63,376 nt of DNA, filler included, from Octopus bimaculoides (GCF_001194135.2; 6 parts of 6 records of this genome joined end to end with filler, not necessarily neighbours in it); one strand, 5' to 3'. Counted from the first letter of the whole stretch, positions 1 to 12,620 are shown. A program made the numbers and translations. Notes: generated by a model from the letters alone, not told the origin.

Positions 1-600
1 GTGAGAATGAATGAGGATAGCTGCGTGAAAAAGTGCCACACCCTAACAGTTGAGGGAACCCATGGAAGAGGTAGGCCCAGGAAGACCTGGGCTGAGGTGG
101 TGAGGCAAGACCTTCGTACATTGGGCCTCACCGATGTGATGACTACTGACCGAGACCTTTGGAAATGTGTTGTGCGTGAGAAGACCCGGCAAGCCAAGTG
201 AGATCGTTGCCAATGCCCCTGGACTGGCTCTTGTGCAGGTGGCACATAAGATGCACCATTTTGAGCGTGGCCATTGCCAGTACTGCCTGACTGGCCTTCG
301 TAGGATTTTCAAGCGAGATCGTTGCCAGTGCCCCTGGACTGGATCTTGTGCTGGTGGCACATAAAAGACACCATTTCGAGCATGGCTGTTGCCAGTATCG
401 CCTGACTGGCCTTTGTGCGGGTGACATGTAAGAGCACCTACTACACTCTCTGAGTGGTTGGTGTTAGGAAGGGCATCCAGCTGTAGAAACTCTGCCAAAT
501 TTAGATTGGAGCCTGGTGTTGCCATCCGGTTTCACCAGTCCTCAGTCAAATCGTCCAACCCATGCTAGCGTGGAAAGCGGACGTTAAACGATGATGATGA

Positions 601-603
<3 letters not shown>
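1..603 (+). mobile_element. RTE-clade LINE 3' end: ORF2 C-terminus, 3' UTR and (GAT)n tail
   Basis: ORF 1-201 reads VEGTHGRGRPRKTW...DRDLWK, the typical RTE ORF2 end; followed by UTR ending ...GGAAAGCGGACGTTAAACGATGATGATGA, a tail seen in several other copies in the window. Confidence 0.85.
200..412 (+). repeat. 115-bp tandem duplication inside the RTE 3' UTR
   Basis: GAGATCGTTGCCA.TGCCCCTGGACTGG starts at 200 and again at 315. Confidence 0.85.
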
Positions 604-655
<52 letters not shown>

Positions 656-750
656 CATATATATATGTATACATATATAAATATATAAATAGACATATAT
701 AAATATATATATATATACATATATACATATATATATATACATATATATAA
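604..750. repeat. (TA)n microsatellite; representative of dozens of (TA)n, (CA)n, (TACA)n, (GA)n, (AAT)n, (TAC)n, (GAT)n and (GAA)n arrays across the window
   Basis: Directly visible. Confidence 0.95.
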
Positions 751-761
751 TACATAATTTT

Positions 762-1130
762 CAAAATAACAAAGAATTTAATAAAATAATTTTACCTTCA
801 TTAAGCCGGTTGCAATCTGGCAGAAGTCTTAGCATGCTGGACAAAATGCTTCTTGACATTTCTTCCAACTCTTTGGGTACTAAGTTCAAATGCTACAGGG
901 GATTCCTTTGCCTTTAACTCTTGTGTGTTCAATAAATTAAGTCTGAGTTGAGCCCTGGGACAACTTTGTCACCCTTAAAACATTTCTAGCCTTGTGATAA
1001 ATTTTAAAAAGAATTAGTAAGTTGGTATTTGCAACTTAAACTAACATGAAAGTTTTAATTTAGATTACTTTGAAACAAGAAATGTGTATTACAAAAGGAG
1101 GTGTGGTCTCTGGTGGGTTGGCATAAAAGC
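762..1130 (+). mobile_element. Diverged non-autonomous DNA-transposon (MITE-like) copy split by a SINE
   Basis: AAATAACAAAGAATTTAATAAAATAA...ATTAAG and AAGTTGGTATTTG.AAC.TAAA.TAACATG match the two halves at 26475-26760, which begins TTAACCCTTT. Confidence 0.45.
806..1012 (+). mobile_element. Old tRNA-derived SINE (family B, GGCGGCGAGCTGGCAG head)
   Basis: Degenerate CTGGCAGAA.TCTTAGCATGCTGGACAAAATGCTT head, GTTCAAAT B-box, TTTGCCTTT..TC central domain, CCTTGTG tail; similar to 55255-55470. Confidence 0.7.
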
Positions 1131-1374
1131 AGCTGTGGCACCATTTAATATTAACAAGTTTAACAAATGGTATTCTCTGTGGGTGAAAATTCAAATCTGT
1201 GATTCTATTTGAAAATGGGAACTTAACACATTAAAGTTATTAGAGCTGTTTAGCCCTAGGTCTTCCATAATTGATTAACCCAATGATCAAAGACGTTTCC
1301 TCTTGACTGTCCCATTTTTTAAAACAATTCTTTTTAAGTGAGGACCACATTATACTATGTGTCCTTTTTGTAAA

Positions 1375-1720
1375 GGTGCATGGCCTAGTGATTATGGTGT
1401 TGCACCCATGATTACAAGATCATAGTTTCAATTCCTGGTCAAGGCACTGCATTGTGTTCATAAACAAAACACTTCATTTTACATTGTTCTACAATTCCTT
1501 TAGTGGAGACATGTGGTTTTGTGGGTAGGATGTTGGACTCATGACCATAAGATGGTGGTTTCAATTCCTGGACCAGACAATGCACTGTGTTCTTGAGCAA
1601 AACACTTCATTGCTCCAATCCACTCAGCTGGCAGATATGATTAGTCCTATGATGGACTGGCATCCCATCCAGGTGGGGAATATGTACTGCATGAAACCAG
1701 GAAATCGGCCCTTATGAGTC
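1375..1720 (+). mobile_element. Two tandem tRNA-derived SINE copies (family C; CORE/V-like domain)
   Basis: A-box-like TGGCCTAGTG and B-box-like TTTCAATTCC occur twice; TTGAGCAAAACACTTCATTGCTCCA.TCCACTCAGCTGG; GATGGACTGGCATCCCATCCAGG resembles the V-SINE domain (from memory). Confidence 0.75.
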
Positions 1721-2211
1721 AGTATGACTTGAGAAAGTAACTTCCCTTTTTTGTTTTTTAACAATTTGACATCCAACATGTGGCACACTTGAGCACCTGT
1801 TCAGGTAACGTTGATTTGATAAAGGAAGTGAGATAATGCACAGCACAAACATTTGATCACTATAAACAAATAATCTGAGCAGATTGTTCAGCAGAAAGTT
1901 ACAAAGCCCTCATCAGTCTGATGACAACAGAGTCTGCCATTTGCGTCCTTTCTTCTCTAACCCCTTAGCATTCAAACTGGTTGTATATGGCCTAAATATT
2001 TTACCAGTTTTATGTTTAAACCAGCCTCTCTCACCTACCCTACAATATCCGAAAAAAAAAAGAAAAAAAACGCAATCACAAGGTGAAAATCTCAAAGCTA
2101 CAAGATAATCCATAATTAATTCAAAGCAATATGAATAAAGAAGGATTTGACAGAATAATCTAAATACTAAAGGTGGTGGTGGTGGGGTGATAGACATTCT
2201 CTCTCTCTCTC

Positions 2212-2306
2212 TTTGGTCAGCCCAAAGTTATAGCCGAAGACACGTGCCCAAGGCACCATGCAGTGGGACTGAACTTGGAACCTTGTGGTCAGAAAACAAA
2301 CTTCTT
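2212..2306 (-). mobile_element. SINE fragment (family A, OR-type)
   Basis: GACACGTGCCCAAGGCACCATGCAGTGGGACTGAAC matches the head of the full copy at 26012-26455. Confidence 0.75.
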
Positions 2307-3499
2307 TATTTCATTAAATTTGCCACATGGGCAGCTACACCTACCGTTTTTGAAGGCTGAATAAATCTTTTTGTAACAAATGACACTGGAATGGAAAAAA
2401 TAGAAAAAGAAAACAAAAAAAAAATGAAGAAATTCATCTGACTATCCAATGGATATTAAGAAATATTGTATCAGGTAAAGAGAAGAGTGTTTTTTTTTTT
2501 TGCCAGTTATACCTAATCTTCAAAATCTGATCTACCAGGGTCAAATGTTTCTGTTAAAGAAATATCAAACAATCTCAGTTACAAATTCAAAAGCGTTTCA
2601 TCCTTTCTGTATACTTGGAAGTTTTATTCTGAATTTCAAAGTCTTTCTCCTTAACTTTCTTTATTTTCAGCTTCTAAGAACATGGTCTGCATTTAAAGAT
2701 CATACACCTTTGAACAACACTTGAGATGGCACCTGGAATATGTAACGTTCTGGATTCTGAAAGCTACCAAAATTCAAGAATTGAATGCTAGAATGTATTT
2801 CAGTCAATTGACACTCCCATCATCCACTGAAATTCTTGGATGATTTCAAAAGACAGTTTTAAGAAATATATCAGATATAGTAGAACTCCTGCTATTACAC
2901 ACACACACATGCACATGTACACACATTCATGCGTACACACATACACACACAAACACACTCACACACACAAGTATGCACATACATTCACACACAAGCACAA
3001 ACACATCACACATGCACAAACACGAACATATACACAGATGCATGCACATACACACACACTTATCCCTTGGAATGCAAAATTAAATTTCATGGTTATTCCA
3101 GTAATGACGTTAAACATCTACCAAAAAAATAGAATTGGCATTTTCTGCAAGTCACGTTGCCTCAATAAACTTGACATATCTCGACAAAAAATAATTTTGA
3201 AAATGACATTCTTCAACAAAATATATAACAGTATATAAAACTGCTTTCCACAGTTAGGTTTAATGAAATTCGGTGTGGATTTATTTGATTTTTGCAAGAA
3301 AAGGGTTAAATAGATTAAGAAATATCAACAGCATCATAGAAGAAATGTTCTCATTTCCAATCTTCTGTGTAGAAGAATGCCTGGATATGGGGAAATATCA
3401 CCTTACTTGGAAACAGATGAAGGTTGATGACAGGAAGGGAAGTTGGCTGTACAAAAAAACTGCCTCGACAAATTCTGTTTGACTTATGGATGCAATGAT

Positions 3500-3790
3500 A
3501 AATGACCGAGGCTGTTGGCGATGTGCTGTGCTTGAGAAAACCTGTCAAGTCAAGTGAAATCATAGTCATGGCCGATGTCGGTATCATGTAAATGGCACCC
3601 ATGCTGGTGGCACGTAAAAAGCACCCATTACACTCTTGGAGTGGTTGGCATTAGGAAGGACATCCAGCCGTAGAAAACCATACCAAATCAGATTGGAACT
3701 TGTGCAGCCCTCCAGCTTACCAGCTTCAGTCAAACTATCTAACCTATGCCAGTATGGAAAGCAGACATTAAATGATGATGATGATGGCGA
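3500..3790 (+). mobile_element. RTE-type 3' UTR/tail copy
   Basis: GAGTGGTTGGCATTAGGAAGGACATCCAGCCGTAGAAA...GGAAAGCAGACATTAAATGATGATG, homologous to 440-603. Confidence 0.8.
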
Positions 3791-4071
3791 TGAAAACTAA
3801 TTTAATCACTTTGTTAGAAAACACCCCACCTGTGACCTTTTCTGGTTCTATAATATAAAACTGTCCTTCTTAAAGAACACCTTTTTTCCTTTTATTCATT
3901 TATTCATCCTTCATGTTGGTTGAAGAACCAATCTCAAACCAATTAAGATTCACAGAATGGATGTACTATTCATCCTTTTTAATTACTAAATACCAAATGT
4001 GGCTGACAAGACTTCTCTTTAAGTCACCATCTCATCCTTGGACATCAATCTGTCACAAGGTTACCCATTAA

Positions 4072-4198
4072 CAGTTGAGTGAACTGAAGTAATGTGAAAT
4101 GAAGTGCCTTGCTCAAGAACACAATGTACTGCCTGGTCTGAGAATTGAAATCATGATCTTGTGATTGTAAGTGTAACACCTTAGCCATTAGGTCATGT
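4072..4198 (-). mobile_element. SINE family C fragment
   Basis: Reverse complement of the head and CORE-like region of 44985-45125. Confidence 0.7.
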
Positions 4199-4439
4199 GA
4201 CTTCACAGCATATTGGGCGACTCTGGCTCTTTTCAGTTCCTCTACCCTTTGTCGGATTTTGTTTTTTGTCCTGTAGGATATTCAATAAATCACTATCCTC
4301 ACCAAGCAGGCACGGTGGGGTTAGCAGTTTTGCTGCCAGTGACCTTACCAGGCAGCAGGTTGTACTGGATTACATGTTACTAGTAGGTATGAAGGAAGGG
4401 GCAATGCCTGTGGCCTTTTCAGGTTCTCTGTGATTGATG

Positions 4440-4850
4440 CTGTTAATGTTTTATTTAACCCGTTGCAAGTTGACACCTGAAGGAAAGACATGGACAGAGA
4501 GGAGATTCCAGAGGACCAAAGTTGTGAGAAAAACTGCATGAAGTGGTTAATACAGAACATGTGGAATTGGATGCAACAAAGGCGAGAGATGAATAAGCCA
4601 GGAGAGCCTGAACTAAAGAAGTACAAAACTAATTAGTTCCAAAGAACAAAGGCCATTATAGTAAAGGTAGAAAGCCATGGGAGGGGACACCTATGCCTGT
4701 GAGCCAGAGTTGGTGAATCTCCATAAGTGATCAAATTCTAAGGCCCTTCTCTGGATACAGTTTAGGATGTCTGTGTGTGTAGTGGCAGCACCATCCTGCA
4801 CATGGGACCATTATAATATTGACTGAAAAGACCAAGAGAGGAGGCACCAT
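4440..4850 (-). mobile_element. CR1/Jockey-group LINE ORF2 C-terminal relic (partial second copy at ~5090-5160)
   Basis: Minus-strand translation SHVQDGAATTHTDILNCIQRRAL...FYLYYNGLCSLEL; CTCTGGATACAGTT.AGGATGTC repeated at 4749 and 5105. Confidence 0.7.
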
Positions 4851-5016
4851 GCCTCTGAGTCAGAAGTTGGAAAGTGTCTGTGAAAGATTTAATGCTGATC
4901 AGTTGTGTGTTTCTTCTCTGGATACAGATGTTTGTGAATAGCAATAGTACTGTTCATGTTGGACTGCTGAACTCTACAATTTTTATTCATTCTCTCTCTG
5001 TTTATTTTCTCTCATT

Positions 5017-5055
5017 CCTTTCTGTTGAAGAGTATAGGCTCGAAATAAAAAAGAC
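5017..5055 (+). ncRNA. Degenerate minimal hammerhead-like motif in a Penelope-like terminus
   Basis: CCTTT-CTGTTGAA-GAGT-ATAG-GCTC-GAAA-TAAA-AAAGAC; homologous to 28933-28969 but the cleavage triplet is lost. Confidence 0.4.
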
Positions 5056-5844
5056 CTTTTCATTTTTCCCGAGTATCCACAAGTAACTAAACTGTAAGGC
5101 CCTTCTCTGGATACAGTTCAGGATGTCCACGTGTGTAGTGGCAACACCATCCTACACTTGGTTGTTCATACACCTGTCTTCATCTTTAGTTTTCCTATAA
5201 ATTTCAACTGTGAGAGAAATACTCCTTTGTGGCCCACAGCTGAGCTTTGTTGCATGTCAGCAATTGTTTGGGGTTGAAATTTAGAGGAAGTCTAGTTTTT
5301 GGTATACAGTCCTGACACTGTCAAAGATGTGCTTTAGACAAGAGAGATCCTTGGAGACAGTAAGGTCTAGCATTTGAACCAACCATATTTCAGGGCTTAT
5401 GTTTAGAGTGTGGGGGTGCAATGGTGTTTCCTTTATATCTTTTATCATGTTCTTGTTTCAGTCATTGGACTGTGGCCATACTACAGCACTGTGTTTAAGG
5501 GTTTCTTTGGACAAATCAACTGCAGCACTTATTTTAAGTCTGGCATTTATCCTGTTAGTTTCTTTTGGATGTAAACAAACCAATACAGGTTATCAAGTGG
5601 TGGTACGAGAGGGATCTATGCAAACACAAGAACACACACACACACCAGTGGTCCGCAAAAGTAGTACTGGAGGTCCATGAACTAAATTTGAAATTTCATA
5701 TATATATATGAGAACAACAAACGTCAAGGCAAGGCAAACATCTCAAGTTATATACATTATTATTATTATTGGAAAAAATTCAAAGTCTTACAGCTGTTTC
5801 TGGGATATCATAGAGTATGGGATATTCCTTCATATATACACAAA

Positions 5845-6145
5845 ACACTTCTTTCAGTTTCTGTCTACCAAATCCACTCACAAGTCTTTAGTTGACCCAA
5901 GGCTATGGTAGAAGACACTTGTCCAAGGTGCAATGCAGTGGGACAGAACCCAGAACCATGTGGTTGAGAAACAAGCTTCTTACTTCACAGCCAGGCTTAG
6001 GCTTCTTTCAGTTTCCATCTACCAAATCCACATACAAGTCTTTGGTTGGCCCATAGCTATAGTAGAAGACACTTGTCCAAGGTGCAATGCAGTGTGACTG
6101 AACCCAGAACCATGTGGTTGCGAAGCAAGCTTCTTACCTCACAGT
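5845..6145 (-). mobile_element. Two tandem SINE family A 5' halves
   Basis: TTCTTTCAGTTTC..TCTACCAAATCCAC...GAAGACACTTGTCCAAGGTGCAATGCAGTG...AAGCTTCTTAC occurs twice, ~155 bp apart. Confidence 0.85.
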
Positions 6146-6734
6146 CACATCGGCATCTACTTAGGCTCTTTTATAACAAAAATCCTGTCACTCACTCACA
6201 AAGCAACAAATGTATTCTGAAAATAAATATGGAATTGTTGTCATGCTCTTATTGCAGCTTGACTCATAAACATACTTGCACAATCACATCTGGGACATAC
6301 ACATGCAAATAATCAGCAGCCCATGTCATTAACACATATACATGCTAGCAGATGCATGTGCATCTATTCATGCACAGACAGGTAGACACACACAGGTACA
6401 CGCTGCACTAAATGTATTTTCTGTTGTTTTATGAGCAAACAAAAACAATATAAAATAAAAGAGTGTTTATTTATATATAGGTGTTTAATTGGCATGGCAA
6501 CAATTACATGTGCTACCAGCTTCACTACTTTTCAACTCCTACTGTTACTGCCACCACCACACCATTACTACTGTCGCCACCACCACACCTGTCATTACAG
6601 CCAACACACCTACCACCACTATCGCCACACCTGCTGCCACCACCACCTCCACCAATGCACCCACCTTTAACACTGCTGGAGGAGGAGCTGTAGAGATGTA
6701 GTTTGGTTTGTTGTGGTAGAGCTTGTGAGAAGTT

Positions 6735-6960
6735 TTCTGGTGAAGTGTGGGTCTTCTCAAGAGCTGCATATTGCCAAACATCTCGGTCAGTTGTCATTTC
6801 CTCCATGAGGCCCAACATCCTGAGATCGGTCCTTACCACTTCATCCCACATCTTCCTGTGTCTCCCTCTTCTGCGGGTGCCATCCACTTTCAGTGATCAG
6901 CATTTCTTTATGCAGTTGTCCTCATTCATGCACATCACATATGCAAACTAATGTAGTCTT
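6735..6960 (-). mobile_element. RTE-clade LINE ORF2 C-terminal relic
   Basis: MDGTRRRGRHRKMWDEVVRTDLRMLGLMEEMTTDRDVW, homologous to ORF 1-201. Confidence 0.85.
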
Positions 6961-7149
6961 GGCGATCTTTCGATACCAGTCCGAAATGTAGGCCTTTTCC
7001 GTAAAAAGTGTTTTCGGCAATCTTTACTTGAGATTCGAACGCCATAATATAAGTGGCAGGATATTCCAAAGGAAGCATGATTAAAGAGTGTGGAGGTGGG
7101 GAGTGACTGGTGAAAACCTGGGTCTATATAGAGTCGGCGGTTAGGCTAT

Positions 7150-7492
7150 TGGATAGCAATGAAAGCAGAGACTGAAGGTTTCATATTGGCGGCACAAGAC
7201 CAAAACTTGCTCACAAAAAATTATCTGGCTAACATTCTTCAAAACAGTTCTAACCCTAAGTGCAGATTCTGCAACACATTTGACGAAATAAAAGACCATT
7301 TCATCTCAGGATATCATGTGCTGACACCAAACGAATACAAATATCGCCACAATAGGGTAGGACAGTGTTCACATTGGAAAATATGTAAACACTACAAAAT
7401 CAGCACTCCTGTTTACTGGTATGAATATCATCTTGAGCCAGTCGTTGAAGGCAAAAATGTCACTATCCTCTAGAATTTTCCAATCAACACCT
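7150..7492 (+). mobile_element. R4/Dong-like (restriction-like endonuclease, RLE) LINE fragment: CCHC zinc-knuckle region
   Basis: KAETEGFILAAQDQNLLTKNY...KCRFCNTFDEIKDHFISG...YKYRHNRVGQCSHWKICKHY. Confidence 0.9.
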
Positions 7493-8047
7493 TACCTTTC
7501 ATCCTATAGGGGGTGGGGTCGATAAAATAAGCACCAGTTGATCACTGGAGTCAATATGACCAACGTCCTCAAAATTGCAGGTCTTGTGCCAAGATTTGAA
7601 ATCAATATTCATTACATTACCACAAAACCACACACACATATATAGGATAGATACATACATATATGTATATATAAATATATATATATATANNNNNNNNNNN
7701 NNNNNNNNNNNNNNNNNNNNNNNNNNNNNNNNNNNNNNNNNNNNNNNNNNNNNNNNNNNNNNNNNNNNNNNNNNNNNNNNNNNNNNNNNNNNNNNNNNNN
7801 NNNNNNNNNNNNNNNNNNNNNNNNNNNNNNNNNNNNNNNNNNNNNNNNNNNNNNNNNNNNNNNNNNNNNNNNNNNNNNNNNNNNNNNNNNNNNNNNNNNN
7901 NNNNNNNNNNNNNNNNNNNNNNNNNNNNNNNNNNNNNNNNNNNNNNNNNNNNNNNNNNNNNNNNNNNNNNNNNNNNNNNNNNNNNNNNNNNNNNNNNNNN
8001 NNNNNNNNNNNNNNNNNNNNNNNNNNNNNNNNNNNNNNNNNNNNNNN

Positions 8048-8078
<31 letters not shown>

Positions 8079-9079
8079 ATTTGTAAGTGCACAGTCAATT
8101 CAATCAACCAAAACACATGGGTCTTTGGGCTGATTGAATTGTATATATAGTATCACATTGTTGACCACAAACCAAAAGATTTGTCCATAACAACAACAAC
8201 AAGAAGAGCAGCAATAATATTTATTATAAGAAGAGAGAAAAATGTCAAAAAAAACTTCCAGTAAACCATTCATATCTAAGCAGAAAACAAATTGTACTCT
8301 TATAAACTTCTTACATTCTTTGGAATATGATTTCAATTAAAGCCATTTCACTTCACATACATCGCTATTGCCCCTTGGAAAAACCTGAGCATTCAATTTC
8401 CTCTTTTCTTTCTCTAAAAGGATGAAAACTTGTTAATTAAATAACAAATGTATGACTACTTGCACAAACCAAATATCTGTAAGGAGTCATGAAATAACAA
8501 AGAATAACAACAACAATGACAATAATAGTATTAATAATAACAATAATGATGATGATGATGATGATAGTAAGAAGAAAAATGTCTTTAACCACCATGGGGT
8601 TTGTAAATACAAACAAGGAAAACTTTAAAACATAGTTTACAGAACATGTTGCAGATGAACAAAACAATGGTTTATAAAAATTCACAAAAAATATATGGAA
8701 CATATTTAAAATCTGTTAAGGATTATAGAACACAGAATGAATATATTTTTATATAAAATACTCTAATTAAAACAAAATATAGTTTTAAACAATTAATACA
8801 GAACAATGTTAATTGCATACATACAGCATGGGGGAAAACTCATCAGCTATGTTGAAACAGAGTGCTCAAACACTTTGTATATCTACTACATGCTGTATTG
8901 AAATGAGATGTACCGTAAAGAGTCTGTTAGCATTTTCATGTTGGCTGTAGTAAAAAGCATCCATTGTCCTCTATGCATTTGTACTTTATACTGTAGTAAC
9001 TATACATGAGGTCTTCACCTGAGTTCTATCTTTTGCTTATCTCTTGGATATTGGCCCAAAATCTTCCTCATCAAATGGG

Positions 9080-9395
9080 ACACTGTCATCATCATCGTCA
9101 TCATCATCGTTTAACAACCATTTTCCATGCTGGCATAGGTTGAACGGTTTGACTGGGTACTGGCTCCAATCTGATCTGGCAATGCTTCTACAGCTGGATG
9201 CCCTTCCTAACGCCAACCACTCCAAGAGTGTAATGACTGCTTTTTACGTTCCACTGGCACGGGAGCCAGTCAGGCGGTACTGGCATCGGCCACGTTTGGA
9301 TGGTGCTTTTTACGTGCTACCAGCACAAGAGCCAGTCGGGGCATGGAGGCTGGCATTGACCACATTCAGATGGTGCTTTTTACATGCCACTGGCA
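9080..9395 (-). mobile_element. RTE-type 3' UTR/tail copy
   Basis: CATCATCGTTTAACAACCATTTTCCATGCTGGCA...CAGCTGGATGCCCTTCCTAACGCCAACCACTC is the reverse complement of the 440-603 tail. Confidence 0.85.
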
Positions 9396-9504
9396 TGGTG
9401 AGCTAGTCAGGTGATCAATTTTTAAATACTCAACTTGTTTATCAGGGGCCCTTGACAGTTTGTTAGACTGTGAACTTTATGCACTTTATGAACTTTACAT
9501 CAAC

Positions 9505-9657
9505 CCCAGTGCATAACTGGTACTTAATTTATCGACTCCGAAAGGATGAAAGACAAAGTCGACCTCGGCGGAATTTGAACTCAGAACGTAACCGCAGATG
9601 AAATACTGCTAAGCATTTCGCCCACGTGTTAATGTTTCTGCCAGCTCATCGCCTTAA
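9505..9657 (-). mobile_element. SINE family B
   Basis: CTGGTACTTAATTTATCGACTCCGAAAGGATGAAAGACAAAGTCGACCTCGGCGGAATTTGAACTCAGAACG...CTGCCAGCTCATCGCC. Confidence 0.9.
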
Positions 9658-10349
9658 AATAAACAAGAACATAATGACAAAGTACTCCTATGCATTTTGC
9701 CTGGTATGCTAATGGTTCTGCTAGCTTGCCGCCTTAATGATAATTACAATAATAATGAAGATGATAATAATAATGTTCTCATTGTCATTATTATTTAGTG
9801 TAGAACTGTCAAAAAGGGTTTACCTGATGTTTATGACAACTATGAAAATTCTTAAGCATATTACCTTACGTAGTGGATTCCCCCCCCCCCACACATTTGG
9901 ATTTAATATAATATTGGTCATTCTGAATAAATAAACAAGGAAGGTGTTATTTTTGTGGCTTCCATTTTTTTTTTTTTCTTTTCTTGTCTATGGAGATTTG
10001 TAAATAATAACAACTGCACCAACGAAAAGATAACCTTCTCCAATACACAAAAATAAGAAACACTCAACACGCAAATATTTGCTACAGAATAAATGGAAAC
10101 CGTTTCTTTGTCATAAGAAAACATGTACGAAAAACTACTCTCATAATGAAATAAAAGTAATTTTATTAGGGAAAACAAAAGCAGACACATTTGAGCTTCA
10201 TCAGTGGATTTCAGTGGATTTTCTTTCTAGTGTCATTAATGATAGAGAAAAACTGAATATGGGTGAGTTAACACATAAAAGCTCAGCATGATAGAGAAGG
10301 ACTCATTTTGGGTACTGCTGTACCTGACTGTGTTATTAGGGAATGGGGA

Positions 10350-10930
10350 GGAAATATATCATGCACATAAGTGTGGGTATGGTTGGGTGGTTAAGAAGCT
10401 TACTTTGTAACGAAGTGGTTTCAGGTTCAGTCCCACTGTGTGGCACTTTGGGCAACCGGCCAACCAGGTGGATTTGGTAGATGGGAACAGTGAGGAAGCC
10501 TGTTATATACACATGAGTATGTGGTGTGTGTGTCATTCCCTTCAAAATTATCCCTAATAGTGGTTTGGATTTTGACTACTCATTCTAGCATGTTAGATGT
10601 CCTATTATGGCCATCTCTTATGTGTTTAAATGTACACTGTATTCACATATATATATATAGGTGGAAGAATGGCTGTATGGTAAGAAGCTTGCTTCCCAAC
10701 CACATGGTTCCAGGGTCAGTTCCACTGCGTGGCACCTTGGACAAGTGTTTTCTATTATAGCCTTGGTCCAATCAAAGCCTTTTATCTTACTGGCTTGGCA
10801 AGAAGTGGCCATGGGAATAAGTACCAGATTTAAAAAAAAAAACAACTACTGAGGTTGATTAGTTCAACTAAAACCCTTCAAGGCAGTGCTCCAGCCTGGC
10901 CACAGCCCAATAAATAAAACAGGTAAAAAA
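10350..10930 (+). mobile_element. Two SINE family A copies (~10350-10510 and ~10660-10930)
   Basis: GGT.AAGAAGCTT...GGTTCAGTCCCACTG.GTGGCAC heads; 3' module AAGGCAGTGCTCCAGCCTGGCC. Confidence 0.8.
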
Positions 10931-11704
10931 TGAAAAGTAGCAATCAACCTCATTGGGGCTTTCCTTGCACAAACAAGGATACTTTTATTTGACTCATTGG
11001 CCCCTACTAAGGGGCTGAGTAAAGCTTTCTGAGTGAATTTGGGGTACACAACAGCTAAGAAATGAGTATGACATGAGGTCAAGGGGGATACAAGTGGCCT
11101 AAAAGTACTTGTGTGTATGTGTGTGTGTGTGAAATTTTACATTCTTCACTGGCTCCATTACACCCCCAATTGTCAAAAGATAGTAGGATAATACCATCGG
11201 TTTTGAGGGATGGAAGAGCTGCCAGGCCCAAGAAGTAGATATAGAGGTTTATGTTTGACTCATTAGCACTTATTATAGCCCTAGGAGTGCTGGTCAAAGC
11301 TTTATGGGTGGATTTGGGGTACACTACAATGAGGGAATGAGTGCTGAGGTTGTCATGAAGTATGATATGGGGTCAAGTAGGGTACCAGTGGTCTAAGAGT
11401 ACTTATGACCAGTTGTGTAGCTATGGGGGGTGGGGTCAACCTAAGGCAATATTTTTATGGGGGTAGCACTTTTAGGTCTGTTGTATAAGTTTGTATAAGG
11501 GTGTGACATTCAAAAGTTGACTAGAGTAGTGGTCACTGCAGCTACATTACTGCTTATATGTCTTGATGACCACAACTTTTTCCATCAACGATTGTAGAAG
11601 GAATGACCATAAGACTGGTAATACTAAGTAGGGAGTTACTACATGTGTGGGTTCCAAAACTACTTGCAGGAACTGTTAAAACAGAAAGTAAGATGTCCTT
11701 TTCT

Positions 11705-11895
11705 TCTCTAGGCACAAGGCCCGAAATTTTGGGGGAGGGGGAAAGTCGATTAGATTGACCCCAGTATGCAAATGGTGCTTAATTTATCGACCCCGAAAGG
11801 ATGAAAGGCAAAGTCAACCTCGGCGGAGTTTGAACACACAATGTAAAGACAGATGAAATATTGCTAAAAATTTCACCCAGCGTGCTAACTTTTCT
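11705..11895 (-). mobile_element. SINE family B
   Basis: AGGCACAAGGCCCGAAATTTT...ATCGACCCCGAAAGGATGAAAGGCAAAGTCAACCTCGG. Confidence 0.9.
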
Positions 11896-12329
11896 GCGAG
11901 ACAGTGACAATAATTTCTAAAAGATATTGCTATTCTAAGAACAGGAACAATCAATACTCTGAAATGGATAAAGAAGGTAATCCTTCTTTCAGTGTCAAGA
12001 GCAGACCAAGAGCTCAAAGGACACCTCACCTAATCATAGCTGGTAGTGACAGTGTAGTTGGAGGTGGAAGAAAAGCATGGAAAATGGCAGAAACAAGAGC
12101 AAGGAATTTTGATCCTAATTCCATAAGAAGCTTGAGTATCTATCTCTGTCTCAGACCTGGGAGCTCTTCCTCACCTTAAAGCCAAGAGTATTACCCTACT
12201 ATCTTTGAATAATGAAGGATAACGGAAGCCATTGAGGATTGTATAATTTCACCTGAAAACACACACACACACAAGTCTTTGACTCATCATTGAAATGTAA
12301 CTTAATTTTTTTTTTTTCTTTTGTATAAG

Positions 12330-12620
12330 TATTTCCATGATCCTTCTCTGGTGGACTTCCAAGCCTAACACCTTCTGTCAAGACCTTAAACATGTCATCC
12401 GTTTCTCTTCCCAGATACGCCATTTCTCTGTTGAGCTTCCTGTTAGTCATAAGTCCTTTTATCCTAATAGTTTCTTTCCATGAACTGTTGCTCTCTGGAA
12501 CTCATTACCATCATCATGTTTTTCTCTGGTCTACAATATTTAGTCCATTAAGCTTTCTGTGAATCAACATCTTTTGAATTTGTCAGCTCCATCTTTTCCT
12601 TCTTTGTAATTTCTTATCCT
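12330..12620 (-). mobile_element. Degenerate RTE-like LINE C-terminal relic
   Basis: RKLNREMAYLGRETDDMFKVLTEGVRLGSPP resembles the RTE ...YFGH.MR...K.L.EG...G.RPRGR motif. Confidence 0.5.

Noticed and set aside
1905-1925. CTGATGA heptamers here and near 8840, 10200, 19800 and 25686
   Set aside because: No stem II followed by GAAA, so not hammerheads
2840-3238. His/Thr-, Cys/Val- and Ile/Tyr-rich ORFs throughout the window
   Set aside because: Translations of (CA)n, (TG)n and (TA)n microsatellites
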